A stretch of DNA of 64,000 bases from NCBI GenBank assembly GCA_027067855.1, contig JAMOUX010000038.1:15208-79207 (forward strand), given 5' to 3'. Origin of the DNA: Candidatus Fermentibacteraceae bacterium. Lineage in GTDB: Bacteria > Fermentibacterota > Fermentibacteria > Fermentibacterales > JCC-6. Positions 38,778-47,812 of the stretch are shown here, piece after piece (within the stretch, counting starts at the first letter, position 1; every line of letters begins with the position of its first letter). Position numbers and translations under genes: made by a program. The notes beneath the pieces are model-generated. The model did no database searches. It saw only the letters and a list, made by a program, of their open reading frames with translations, and had not been told where the DNA came from.

Positions 38778-40808
38778 GTGATTCGAAGACATGGTGTATG
38801 GATCCCGCTGCTCACCGCTTTGGCGGTGTTTCTTGCTGCCGGGTGTGGCGGAGGGGGATCTCCGGGAACCCGTAACGGTGCCGGGGAAGACGGCACGGAC
38901 ATTGTTCACGTGGAATCCGAAAATGCCGGGGACTTGATACCGAGAGAGGTTCTCTTCGGAAATCCCGAGCGGGTGAACCCCCAGGTATCCCCCGACGGAA
39001 GGTTACTTGCGTACATAGCCCCGGTGGACAGCGTACTGAACCTGTGGCTCATGGAAATCGACGGATCCGGGCCCAGGCAACTCACTTTCGACGAAGGCAG
39101 GGGTATAAGAGATTACTTCTGGGCCTACGACGGCGTTCACATACTTTACATGCAGGACCGGGCCGGGGAAGAGAATACGCATGTATACAGGTTGAACATC
39201 GAGACCGGGGAGATCACGGACCTTACTCCGTTCGATGATGTGAAGGCTTACGTAAGCGCTGTCGACGAAGACCATCCTCAAACGATCCTGGTGGAAATGA
39301 ACAGGAATGATCCCATGTTCTTCGATGTTTACTCGTGTGACCTCGAAACCGGCGAACTTACCATCATACAGGAGAATCCCGGCATGTCGGACGACGGCGA
39401 AATGGTCCTGGGGTACCTGGCGGACCGGGATCTTCAGGTCAGAGGCATGGTCGTGATAAACCCCGATGACGGTACCGTCAGGTTCCTGGTCAGGAAAACC
39501 CCCGGGTCGGAGTGGGAGGAGTTGTTCAGTTTTTCTCCACTGGATACGGTCATGCCGATAAGATTCAGTGAGGACGGTAAGGGACTTTACTATCAGTCGA
39601 ACGTGGGTTCCAATACCGTGGGTCTCATGTACATCAACCTGGAGACCGGCGAAATTACCGAGATCGCCCGGGATTCAATCGCCGACGTCAGCGGGGTTAT
39701 CTTCAATCCCGTTTCCGGGAAACCCAGGGCGGTGGTGTTCTACTACCTGAGAAGAAACGTCCTGGTACTGGATCCGGATGTCGAGGATGATTACGAGTTC
39801 CTGGAGACGTTCCATCCCGGTGATTTCAGCGTGGTATCCCACGATCTTGCCGACAGTACCTGGGTGGTGGCGTACTACACGCCCCGCAATCCCGCCACTT
39901 ATTACCTGTACCATCGATCCGCCGGTGAAATGACGTTTCTGTTCGACGCGGTGCCTTCCCTTGCCGATTACAGCCTGGCTGAGGTGGAGCCGGTGGTGAT
40001 AAAAGCCGCAGACGGGTGGCCCCTTCCCAGTTACCTGACCCTTCCCTCCAGGGGAGAGAAACCCTATCCCATGGTCCTTTTCGTGCATGGCGGACCCTGG
40101 TCCAGGGACTACTACGGTTACAATCCCTTCGTTCAATTGCTGGCCGATCGGGGTTTCGCCGTTCTGCAGGTGAATTTCAGGGGCTCCATGGGTTTCGGCA
40201 AGGAACATCTCAACGCGGGAAACAAGGAGTGGGGCGGACTTATGCAGGATGATCTCACCGATGCCGTGAAATGGGCGATAAGGGAGGGTATCGCCGATCC
40301 GGACAGGATAGTCATAATGGGAGGATCCTACGGGGGATATGCCACTCTGGCCGGCGTAACCTTCACCCCCGATTTGTACTGCGCCGGAGTAGACTTCTTC
40401 GGTCCTTCCGACCTCGTGACGTTCAGAAAGAGCGTTCCTCCATACTGGAGACCACTGGATGCCCTCATGGATGTACGCATTGGTAGTCTCGAGGAGGATT
40501 CTCTGATGCTGGAAGAGCGTTCGCCCCTGAATCATGTGGAGAACATAAAGGTTCCCATGCTCATAGTGCAGGGAGCTAACGATCCGAGAGTGGTCCAGGC
40601 CGAGTCCGACCAGATAGTTGAAGCCCTGAGAGAAAACGGCAACGAGGTTTGCTACCTGGTGTACCTGGACGAGGGACATGGATTCGCCCTGGAGGCGAAC
40701 CGGCTGGAATTCGCAGGAAGGGTGGAGGAGTTCTTATACAATCATGTTCCCGGTGTCGAGTGCCGGAAGTACGAAGCCGTACCCAACTCGACGGTCCGGG
40801 TGCAGTGA
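38778..40808 (+). CDS. S9 family serine peptidase (prolyl oligopeptidase/dipeptidyl aminopeptidase-like) lipoprotein
   Basis: Lipobox LAAGCGG. N-terminal beta-propeller. Catalytic GGSYGGY (Ser), QGANDPRV (Asp) and DEGHGF (His). Confidence 0.85.
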   Translation: MIRRHGVWIPLLTALAVFLAAGCGGGGSPGTRNGAGEDGTDIVHVESENAGDLIPREVLFGNPERVNPQVSPDGRLLAYIAPVDSVLNLWLMEIDGSGPRQLTFDEGRGIRDYFWAYDGVHILYMQDRAGEENTHVYRLNIETGEITDLTPFDDVKAYVSAVDEDHPQTILVEMNRNDPMFFDVYSCDLETGELTIIQENPGMSDDGEMVLGYLADRDLQVRGMVVINPDDGTVRFLVRKTPGSEWEELFSFSPLDTVMPIRFSEDGKGLYYQSNVGSNTVGLMYINLETGEITEIARDSIADVSGVIFNPVSGKPRAVVFYYLRRNVLVLDPDVEDDYEFLETFHPGDFSVVSHDLADSTWVVAYYTPRNPATYYLYHRSAGEMTFLFDAVPSLADYSLAEVEPVVIKAADGWPLPSYLTLPSRGEKPYPMVLFVHGGPWSRDYYGYNPFVQLLADRGFAVLQVNFRGSMGFGKEHLNAGNKEWGGLMQDDLTDAVKWAIREGIADPDRIVIMGGSYGGYATLAGVTFTPDLYCAGVDFFGPSDLVTFRKSVPPYWRPLDALMDVRIGSLEEDSLMLEERSPLNHVENIKVPMLIVQGANDPRVVQAESDQIVEALRENGNEVCYLVYLDEGHGFALEANRLEFAGRVEEFLYNHVPGVECRKYEAVPNSTVRVQ

Positions 40809-40818
40809 TCGCCGGGTG

Positions 40819-40853
40819 AAAAAAGAAGCGGTGGAGGCATACGCCTCCACCGC
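40819..40853 (-). terminator. rho-independent terminator of proS (hairpin shared with the convergent peptidase gene)
   Basis: GCGGTGGAGGC-ATAC-GCCTCCACCGC hairpin. On the minus strand it is followed by TTCTTTTTT. Confidence 0.75.
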
Positions 40854-40859
40854 CGCGCA

Positions 40860-42302
40860 TCAATATGCCCTGGCCAGTATGACCTTAGTATTGGTTTTCC
40901 TGCCGGTCATGATACATTTTCCCGTCTCGCCGGATTGTTCGAGGGGAATGCAGCGGACCGTGGCCTTGGTTTCCTCCTGGAGACGAGCTTCCTCTTCCGG
41001 GCCGCCGTCCCACCAGGCGTCGTAGAATCCCGGTTTTTCGGCAATCGAAGCCTTGAACTCCCCGAAGTCTTTCACTTCGTAGGTTCTTGACTCCATCTTT
41101 TCCCGGGCTTCCCGTAACATTTCCCGTTGTATCCTCTGCAGTATCTCCGGGATCTTTTCGGCTACGGAATCAATGGGGATAGTGGATTTTCCCTCCCTGC
41201 CCGGCCTGTTCCTGGGGCTGAGGGTCACCACGCCGTTTTCCAGGTCCCTGGGGCCTATCTCCATCCTTACCGGAACTCCGCGGATTTCCCAGTGGTTGAA
41301 CTTGAACCCGGGACTTACCCCTTCCCTGAGGTCCAACTCGGTACGTACGTTCATACTCAGCAGTTCGTCCCGGATACGCCGGGATATTTCCATGATCCGG
41401 GATTCTTCCCCGTTTCCTCCCGGGATGGGGACTATGACCACCTGGACCGGTGCGAGTTTCGGAGGCAGCCTGAGTCCGTTTTCGTCGCCGTGAACCATTA
41501 TCACTCCACCCACCAGCCTTGTCGATACTCCCCAGCTGGTCTGGTGTACGTACTGCTGACGGTTGTTTCCGTCGAGGTAAACGGTATTGAAGGCCTTGGC
41601 AAAATTGGTGCCCAGGTAATGGCTCGTTCCGCTTTGAAGCGCCCACCCGTTTCCCATCATCGCTTCTATGGTGTAGCTGTCGACGGCTCCCGCGAATTTT
41701 TCCCTTTCGGTTTTCCGTCCCGGGATTACCGGTATTGCGGCCACCTCCTCGGCGAACTTGGTATACACCTTGAGCATGCGCAGGGCTTCCGTCCTGGCCT
41801 CTTCCTCCGTGGCGTGGGCCGTGTGCCCTTCCTGCCACAGGAACTCGGTGGTTCTCAGGAATGCCCTGGGTCTCATCTCCCACCTGACGACGTTTGCCCA
41901 CTGGTTGAGCAGCATGGGAAGATCCCTGTAACTGTTTATCCATTTGGAGAACATGTGATTGATGATGGTTTCGGAGGTTGGACGCACCACGAGGGGTTCG
42001 TCCAGTTCCTTCCCTCCTCCATGGGTTACCACCGCCAGTTCGGGCGCAAAGCCCTCTACGTGTTCGGCCTCCTTGTTTATGAAACTCTGGGGTATGAAGA
42101 GGGGAAAGTAGGCGTTGCTGTGACCGGTCTCCTTGAAACGTCGGTCAAGGTCTTCCTTTATTCGTTCCCAGATGGCGTAACCGTAAGGTCTTATTATCAT
42201 GCAGCCCCTTACCGGGGCGGAGTCGGCCAGTTCCGCTTCCCTGATGACGTCCTGATACCACCTGGCGAAATCCTTTTCCGGGTTAGTAATATTTCTAGCC
42301 AT
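40860..42302 (-). CDS. proS: proline--tRNA ligase (archaeal/eukaryote-like type)
   Basis: FARWYQDVIREAELAD...RGCMIIRPYGYAIWE, class II motifs, and a C-terminal Zn domain ending ...ILARAY. Confidence 0.9.
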   Translation of the reverse strand: MARNITNPEKDFARWYQDVIREAELADSAPVRGCMIIRPYGYAIWERIKEDLDRRFKETGHSNAYFPLFIPQSFINKEAEHVEGFAPELAVVTHGGGKELDEPLVVRPTSETIINHMFSKWINSYRDLPMLLNQWANVVRWEMRPRAFLRTTEFLWQEGHTAHATEEEARTEALRMLKVYTKFAEEVAAIPVIPGRKTEREKFAGAVDSYTIEAMMGNGWALQSGTSHYLGTNFAKAFNTVYLDGNNRQQYVHQTSWGVSTRLVGGVIMVHGDENGLRLPPKLAPVQVVIVPIPGGNGEESRIMEISRRIRDELLSMNVRTELDLREGVSPGFKFNHWEIRGVPVRMEIGPRDLENGVVTLSPRNRPGREGKSTIPIDSVAEKIPEILQRIQREMLREAREKMESRTYEVKDFGEFKASIAEKPGFYDAWWDGGPEEEARLQEETKATVRCIPLEQSGETGKCIMTGRKTNTKVILARAY

Positions 42303-42443
42303 TATACTGCGCTTTCTGTTTTGATTTTTAAGTGAACCGCAGCCTGAAAACTAATCGTTTATCGTCCATGTTCCAAGTGTTCCACCGGGTTTCCGGGCGA
42401 GGGGCGGAATTGCGGCGTGATCTGTCTTCTGTTCGTTTCGTAT

Positions 42444-42472
42444 TTGACAGTTAACGGCGATGTTGTTAGCTT
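42444..42472 (+). promoter_or_regulatory. sigma70-type promoter candidate for the PAP2-panB-purD-purE-tsaC operon
   Basis: TTGACA, 17-nt spacer, TAGCTT. Lies about 200 nt upstream of the first start codon. Confidence 0.35.
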
Positions 42473-42676
42473 TCATTGCAAAGGGGGTCGATTGCCGAGA
42501 GTGGCAAAAGGAAACGATGAAGGCGGCGCCCCGGTATCCTGCAGATGCGTGACTCTCTTATGGGTAGACAGAAGCAATGCCGGGCCGTGATAAGTCCTTT
42601 ACCCCTTGTACCGAGGCATTACTCGGCAAATCGGCCCCCACGATCATAATAACGCATGCGGTGAATCTTTTTCTTT

Positions 42677-43600
42677 ATGGTAGGGGTGAACCGGTTGGCT
42701 CCCATCTCGATCTTTCCTTCTGTAAAGGACAGAAGTTACCGCTTCATCCTGACGCTTTCGTTTCTTTATACCATGGTGTCCCTGCTGGTGCCGGCCTTCA
42801 GGCTGGTCCCCCGGTTCCCGGTTCCCGTTTTTACCTTCCTGCTGGGATATGGCCTTTACAGGGCTTCCTTCATACCGGAGAAGCTGAAAGCCTGGGTATT
42901 CTACGTTATTCTGGTGATGTCTTATTGGCAACTCAGGTTCATCGTCTCCACCAATTTCCATGATTTTCACGGTTCCGAGGTGGTGGCGCTGGAGAAGAAA
43001 ATTTTCGGATGTCTGCCTAATGCCTGGCTGCAGGATAGATTGTACAAAGGGCATACTTCGTGGTTCGAGTACATCTTTGCCGTTTTCCATGGTTCTCTTT
43101 TCGTTATCCCGGTGGGTTTCGCGCTGCTCATGCAATGGAAGCGGGGTACCAATCGTATGAAGAGAACGGCGGCGGCCCTTTCTTTCCTGGCTCTTGCCGG
43201 CTATTCCACTTATATCCTTTATCCCCTGACTCCGCCATGGATGGCGGCCCTGGAGAGATTGATCCCCCCGCTGGAAAGGATCACGATGAGGGCTCTGTGT
43301 TCGATGACCCCGGAAGGGACCGTTTCGCTTTTCAGTCCCAGTCCCAGGGGCGCCATGCCGTCTCTTCATTCCGGCGTTCCTATACTGGTACTGATAATGG
43401 CCTTCAAGGAATTCGGCCGAAAGGCCTGGTTGTTTTTTCCCGTGGTGGCGGGAATATGTTTCGAAGTGGTGTACGGAGCCGAACATTACGTTGTAGACGT
43501 TATGGCTGGATTGCTCTACGCCGTGATCGCTTACGTGTTGGTGTACGTGATTCTTTTTCCCGACCGGGTAGTGGATGGTAATGGAGGTTTGAATTCATGA
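42677..43600 (+). CDS. PAP2-superfamily membrane phosphatase/phosphotransferase (PAP2_3, inositol-phosphorylceramide-synthase-like)
   Basis: Polytopic. Has AMPSLHSG and GAEHYVVDVMAG (C2/C3 acid-phosphatase motifs). The GTG start is uncertain. Confidence 0.6.
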   Translation: MVGVNRLAPISIFPSVKDRSYRFILTLSFLYTMVSLLVPAFRLVPRFPVPVFTFLLGYGLYRASFIPEKLKAWVFYVILVMSYWQLRFIVSTNFHDFHGSEVVALEKKIFGCLPNAWLQDRLYKGHTSWFEYIFAVFHGSLFVIPVGFALLMQWKRGTNRMKRTAAALSFLALAGYSTYILYPLTPPWMAALERLIPPLERITMRALCSMTPEGTVSLFSPSPRGAMPSLHSGVPILVLIMAFKEFGRKAWLFFPVVAGICFEVVYGAEHYVVDVMAGLLYAVIAYVLVYVILFPDRVVDGNGGLNS

Positions 43601-44406
43601 GCGGAGGAATTCCTGCCATTGCGGAGAAGAAGCACAGGGGAGAGAAGATAGTAGCCCTTACCGCATACGACTACGTGACGGCGATCCTGGAGGAGCGGGC
43701 CGGGGTGGATCTTATCCTGGTGGGCGATTCCATCGGCATGGCTGTTCTCGGAGAGGAGACGACTCTTACGGTAGGCATGGAAGTGATGGTGGCCCACACG
43801 AGGGCCGTCCGCCTAGGGGCGCCGGAGACGGTGGTGGTGGGTGACATGCCTTTCGGTTCGTACGAACCCTCGGATGCCGCGGCGGTGAAGAACGCCGTTC
43901 GCTTTCTCGCTGAAGGAGGGGCCGACGCGGTTAAATTGGAAGGCGGCAATGACGCCATGGTTTCCAGGGTGAGGGCCATAGTCGATTCCGGTATTCCGGT
44001 TATGGGTCATGTGGGCCTTCTCCCACAATCCATAAGGAAGACGGGGGGATACAGGGTAGTGAAGAATCGGGAGCGTGACGCCGTTTTGCGCGAAGCTGAA
44101 GCCCTGCAGGACGCCGGGATATTCGCCTTGGTGCTGGAGGGCATGGAAGAGAGCCTGGCGGCGGAACTCACTTCGGTCCTGAAGGTACCCACGATAGGGA
44201 TAGGGGCCGGCAGGTACACCGACGGCCAGATCCTGGTGGTCAACGACATTCTCGGGTTGTCTCCGGGATTTATGCCGAGGTTCGTCAAGCGTTACGGGGA
44301 TGTTTCCCCGGTCATGGAGGAAGCGTTCGAGAATTACGTAACGGAGGTTCGGAAAGGAATCTTCCCGGATGAGAAACACGTGTACGGATCCGGGGTGATG
44401 AAATGA
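43597..44406 (+). CDS. panB: 3-methyl-2-oxobutanoate hydroxymethyltransferase
   Basis: LTAYDY...LILVGDSIGMAVLG and KLEGG motifs. ATGA overlap with the upstream gene. Confidence 0.9.
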   Translation: MSGGIPAIAEKKHRGEKIVALTAYDYVTAILEERAGVDLILVGDSIGMAVLGEETTLTVGMEVMVAHTRAVRLGAPETVVVGDMPFGSYEPSDAAAVKNAVRFLAEGGADAVKLEGGNDAMVSRVRAIVDSGIPVMGHVGLLPQSIRKTGGYRVVKNRERDAVLREAEALQDAGIFALVLEGMEESLAAELTSVLKVPTIGIGAGRYTDGQILVVNDILGLSPGFMPRFVKRYGDVSPVMEEAFENYVTEVRKGIFPDEKHVYGSGVMK

Positions 44407-45644
44407 AGATTCTCGTGGTAGGAGGAGGAGGAAGGGAACACGCCCTTACATGGGCTCTCGCCGGAAATGGTGTCGACAAACTGATTTGTGCGCCTGGCAA
44501 TCCGGGTATGGAAAACCTGGCCGAAACATTTCCGGTCGGAGCTTCCGACGTGGAAGGATTGGTACGACTTGCATCGGAGCAGGAGGTCGACCTGGTAGTC
44601 GTTGGTCCCGAAGCCCCCTTGGTTGAAGGCCTGGCCGACAGGATGCGGGAAAAGGGGATTCCCTGTTTCGGCCCGGGCAAGAGCGGTGCACGCCTGGAGA
44701 GCAGCAAGTGGTTCGCGAAGGAGATAATGAAGGCGGCGGGTGTTCCCACAGCGAGTGGAGAGATTTTCCGGGACATGAATTCCGCCCTGGAATACATGGG
44801 GAGCAGGGCGGATGAATATGTCATCAAGGCGGATGGTCTGGCCGCCGGCAAGGGTGTTTTCCTGCCGGTAAACCGTGGCGAGGCCGAGGAAGTCCTGGAA
44901 AAGCTCTTCTCGGGTCTGCTGGGCAGGTCAGGAATGAGCGTGGTGGTGGAACGCAGGCTGGTTGGCAGGGAGGTGAGTATACTCGGTATCTGCAGCGGTA
45001 CCCGGTGTGTGCTGCTTCCACCGAGCAGGGATCACAAGAGACTGGGCGAAGGTGATACGGGACCCAACACCGGGGGAATGGGAGCCATTTGTCCTCCCGG
45101 GAACCTGGGAGAAGATTTCATGGTCCGGGTAAAGCGGACGATAATGGAGCCGGTTCTCGAGGAGTTGGCTTCCAGGGGCATCGAGTACGCCGGCGTGCTT
45201 TATGCGGGTCTTATGCTGACCGATGAAGGTCCCAAGGTACTGGAGTTCAATGTAAGGTTCGGTGATCCGGAAACCCAGACCGTTCTGCCTTTGGTGAAGT
45301 CCGATTTGACCAATCTGTGTATGGCGGCCGCCACGGGGGAATCTCTGCCCCGGGATATCGTCGTCCGGGAGGGGGCCGGTACCTGCGTGGTGATGGCCTC
45401 GGGCGGATATCCGTTCTCGTACCGTAAGGGTTATCCGATCAGCGGTGTGGAAGATGTTTCCGATGCCTTGGTGTTCCATGCCGGCACCGCGGTGGAAGAC
45501 GGACGGTTGGTCACCGCGGGGGGCAGGGTACTCAGTGTCGTCGCAGTGGCGCCCACCCTTGAAGAATCCACCGCAAAAGCGTACCGGGAACTGGATAAGA
45601 TAAGTTTTGAAAACAGCTATCATCGCAGAGATATCGGAGGTTGA
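44403..45644 (+). CDS. purD: phosphoribosylamine--glycine ligase
   Basis: [19 protein letters not shown] and the [13 protein letters not shown] motif. Confidence 0.9.
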   Translation: MKILVVGGGGREHALTWALAGNGVDKLICAPGNPGMENLAETFPVGASDVEGLVRLASEQEVDLVVVGPEAPLVEGLADRMREKGIPCFGPGKSGARLESSKWFAKEIMKAAGVPTASGEIFRDMNSALEYMGSRADEYVIKADGLAAGKGVFLPVNRGEAEEVLEKLFSGLLGRSGMSVVVERRLVGREVSILGICSGTRCVLLPPSRDHKRLGEGDTGPNTGGMGAICPPGNLGEDFMVRVKRTIMEPVLEELASRGIEYAGVLYAGLMLTDEGPKVLEFNVRFGDPETQTVLPLVKSDLTNLCMAAATGESLPRDIVVREGAGTCVVMASGGYPFSYRKGYPISGVEDVSDALVFHAGTAVEDGRLVTAGGRVLSVVAVAPTLEESTAKAYRELDKISFENSYHRRDIGG

Positions 45645-45645
45645 G

Positions 45646-46092
45646 ATGAGCCTTGTGGGCATACTTATGGGCAGTGAGAGCGACCGGGCCACGATGCGAA
45701 AAACCGCCGACGTTCTGGACGAACTCGGCATATCCTATGAGATACACGTCATGTCCGCGCATAGGACTCCGGCAAAGGTCGCTGAATTCGCTTCCGGCGC
45801 CGCCGGCAGAGGGCTCAAGGTCATAATAGCCGGGGCGGGTTTGGCGGCTCACCTGGCGGGGGCGGTCGCCGCCAACACCATCCTTCCCGTGATAGGAGTT
45901 CCCATGGCCGCCGGACCGCTGAACGGGTTGGACGCCTTGCTTTCCACTGTCCAGATGCCCAAGGGGATACCGGTGGCCACGGTTGCCATAGGTTCCCACG
46001 GCGCCCGGAACGCCGCTTATCTGGCTGCCCAGGTGATAGCTCTGGGTGACAAGGTGATCGCCGGGAAACTCGAGGAGCTTCGTGGCCGTTGA
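45646..46092 (+). CDS. purE: 5-(carboxyamino)imidazole ribonucleotide mutase
   Basis: GGAGG SD, then ATG 45646. Has [16 protein letters not shown] and AGLAAHLAG. Confidence 0.85.
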   Translation: MSLVGILMGSESDRATMRKTADVLDELGISYEIHVMSAHRTPAKVAEFASGAAGRGLKVIIAGAGLAAHLAGAVAANTILPVIGVPMAAGPLNGLDALLSTVQMPKGIPVATVAIGSHGARNAAYLAAQVIALGDKVIAGKLEELRGR

Positions 46093-46669
46093 AGGCGTAA
46101 TCAGACTGGATATCAACGACCGTATTGCAACGGCCCGGGCCGCCGCCGAAGCAACTGCAGTGGTGATGAAAGGCGGCGTGGTTCTTTATCCCTCGGATAC
46201 CGTTTACGGGTTGCTTTGCAGATCCGACCATCGGAATTCCGTGGAAAGGGTGCGACGGATGAAGGGTTACGATGAAGAAAGGCCCTTTATCCTCCTGGTG
46301 GGCGGACCGGAGATGGCCGGATCGCTGGCCGACTGCAGCGATCCGGAGATTGCCGGAATAATGGAGACCCGGTGGCCCGGAAGGCTTACCATTGTATTAC
46401 CGGCCCTTTCCCGATGTCCTCCCTGGGTAATGTCCCCGGATGGAGAAGTGGCCCTCAGAGCCCCTGACCACGAGTTGAGCAGGATGATCCTGGAGAATTG
46501 CGGAATACCGCTGGTTTCCACCAGCGCCAACATGGCCGGCGACCGGACCTGCCTCGATTTCAGTGAAATTCCCCGGTCGATAACCGGTGCCGTGGATCTT
46601 GCGGTGGATGCGGGTATGCTTCCTTTCTCCCGTCCGTCCACGATTATAAAGTTACTGAGGGGACGATAG
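46082..46669 (+). CDS. tsaC: L-threonylcarbamoyladenylate synthase (YrdC/TsaC domain)
   Basis: [16 protein letters not shown] and TSANMAGD motifs. Confidence 0.8.
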   Translation: MAVEGVIRLDINDRIATARAAAEATAVVMKGGVVLYPSDTVYGLLCRSDHRNSVERVRRMKGYDEERPFILLVGGPEMAGSLADCSDPEIAGIMETRWPGRLTIVLPALSRCPPWVMSPDGEVALRAPDHELSRMILENCGIPLVSTSANMAGDRTCLDFSEIPRSITGAVDLAVDAGMLPFSRPSTIIKLLRGR

Positions 46670-47809
46670 TTAATCGTCGGAGCCGTTTCGCAGCCCCAGA
46701 CCGTATAGAATGGTTTTGAACAAGCTGGGAGGGTGCATGAGGATGTTGGAATACGCCTGGTTGGCCAGGGGGCAATAGCATTCGCCCCGTTTAATGGATT
46801 TCCTGACCCTCTCGGCGTTACCGGAATTCCAGATGCTCCGGAAATCTCCGTCGACGCCCACTCTGCCCATCTCTCCGCGGTACGCCAGTACGGCACAGGG
46901 CCAGATTCCGCCGTCGGAGTTGACATGCACGTTCAATATACCGGCGTAGCAAGGTATAACCTGTTCCTTGCGCTCCAGGATCTTCACAACAAGGTCGTAG
47001 TAGACCAGGCGCAAGGCTGTGGTCATCCGGGGCAGTAATCTCATTCCCTTCATCCTCTTGAAGACGGCATCCTTGAAGACCTTCATGATTTCCCCGTACT
47101 TGTCTCCCGCGGGAGTTATTCCGGAGCCCACGTTGAAGAATTCCTCTCTCTCCTCGGCTATTTCGTTGATGTAGGTGTCCACTCCCAGGTTTTCGGTGAA
47201 TTCTATTATCTCGGCAAGCCTGTCATAGTTGTACTTGGATATAACCGTACCCACTCCCACGTGGAGGTTGGGATGTTCCGATCTCAGTCGTTCAAGACCA
47301 CGCAATGTTTCCATCAGCCGCTCGAAGTTTCCGGGGACCCCCCTTATCCTGTCGTGCAGGTCCCCCACTCCGTCGAAAGAAGGCTTTATGCTCAGCACCG
47401 TTCCAGGTGTTTCACGGTGTATGACTGCCAGTATTTCTTCCGTGAGTTTCAGGATTCTTTCCGGAGCCAGCGCGTTGGTGGGTATGTGGACCACCGCCGG
47501 GGTCATAAACCTGCATGCGAGGCCTATTATCTCGGGTAGGTCCTTCCTGAGAAAAGGTTCTCCCCCCGAAACATTGAAGAAGTAAGTCCATCCGATGGAG
47601 CGGAAGAGACTTTCCACGGTTTCCAGGTCGATGTCTTCACCGGGGTCGTGTTTCCAGATGAAACAAGTCTTGCATTTGGATTGACATCTCCTGGTGACTG
47701 AAAAGGTGACGTTTATGGGATCCGGAAGCCTGGAGGAAAGGCCCTGCATGACCAGCCGGCCCCTGGCCAGGTTGATTGAGAGCCGCAGGAACTGTTTCAG
47801 GTGGTTCAC
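46670..47809 (-). CDS. radical SAM protein with C-terminal SPASM/twitch-like Cys cluster
   Basis: CX3CX2C in VTRRCQSKCKTCFIW, and GGEPFL. C-terminal Cys motifs (IPCYAG..., WPCAV, GECYCP). Confidence 0.75.
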   Translation of the reverse strand: MNHLKQFLRLSINLARGRLVMQGLSSRLPDPINVTFSVTRRCQSKCKTCFIWKHDPGEDIDLETVESLFRSIGWTYFFNVSGGEPFLRKDLPEIIGLACRFMTPAVVHIPTNALAPERILKLTEEILAVIHRETPGTVLSIKPSFDGVGDLHDRIRGVPGNFERLMETLRGLERLRSEHPNLHVGVGTVISKYNYDRLAEIIEFTENLGVDTYINEIAEEREEFFNVGSGITPAGDKYGEIMKVFKDAVFKRMKGMRLLPRMTTALRLVYYDLVVKILERKEQVIPCYAGILNVHVNSDGGIWPCAVLAYRGEMGRVGVDGDFRSIWNSGNAERVRKSIKRGECYCPLANQAYSNILMHPPSLFKTILYGLGLRNGSDD

Positions 47810-47812
47810 CCG

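Noticed and set aside
41127-42335. 402-aa plus-strand ORF covering proS.
   Set aside because: proS on the minus strand is unambiguous and has its own terminator. The plus-strand ORF has no motif and no SD.
42480-42676. Possible purine-related riboswitch (ZTP/pfl or ykkC-subtype PRPP) in the leader before the panB-purD-purE operon, prompted by GGTCGATTGCCGAGAG and GGCGGCGCCCCGG.
   Set aside because: The hallmark conserved segments as I remember them (CCGCCUGGGC for ZTP; CUAGGGUUCCG / ACACGGCGGGA...GCCCGGGAGA for ykkC) are absent. The resemblance is limited to a few nucleotides, and an Infernal scan would be needed.
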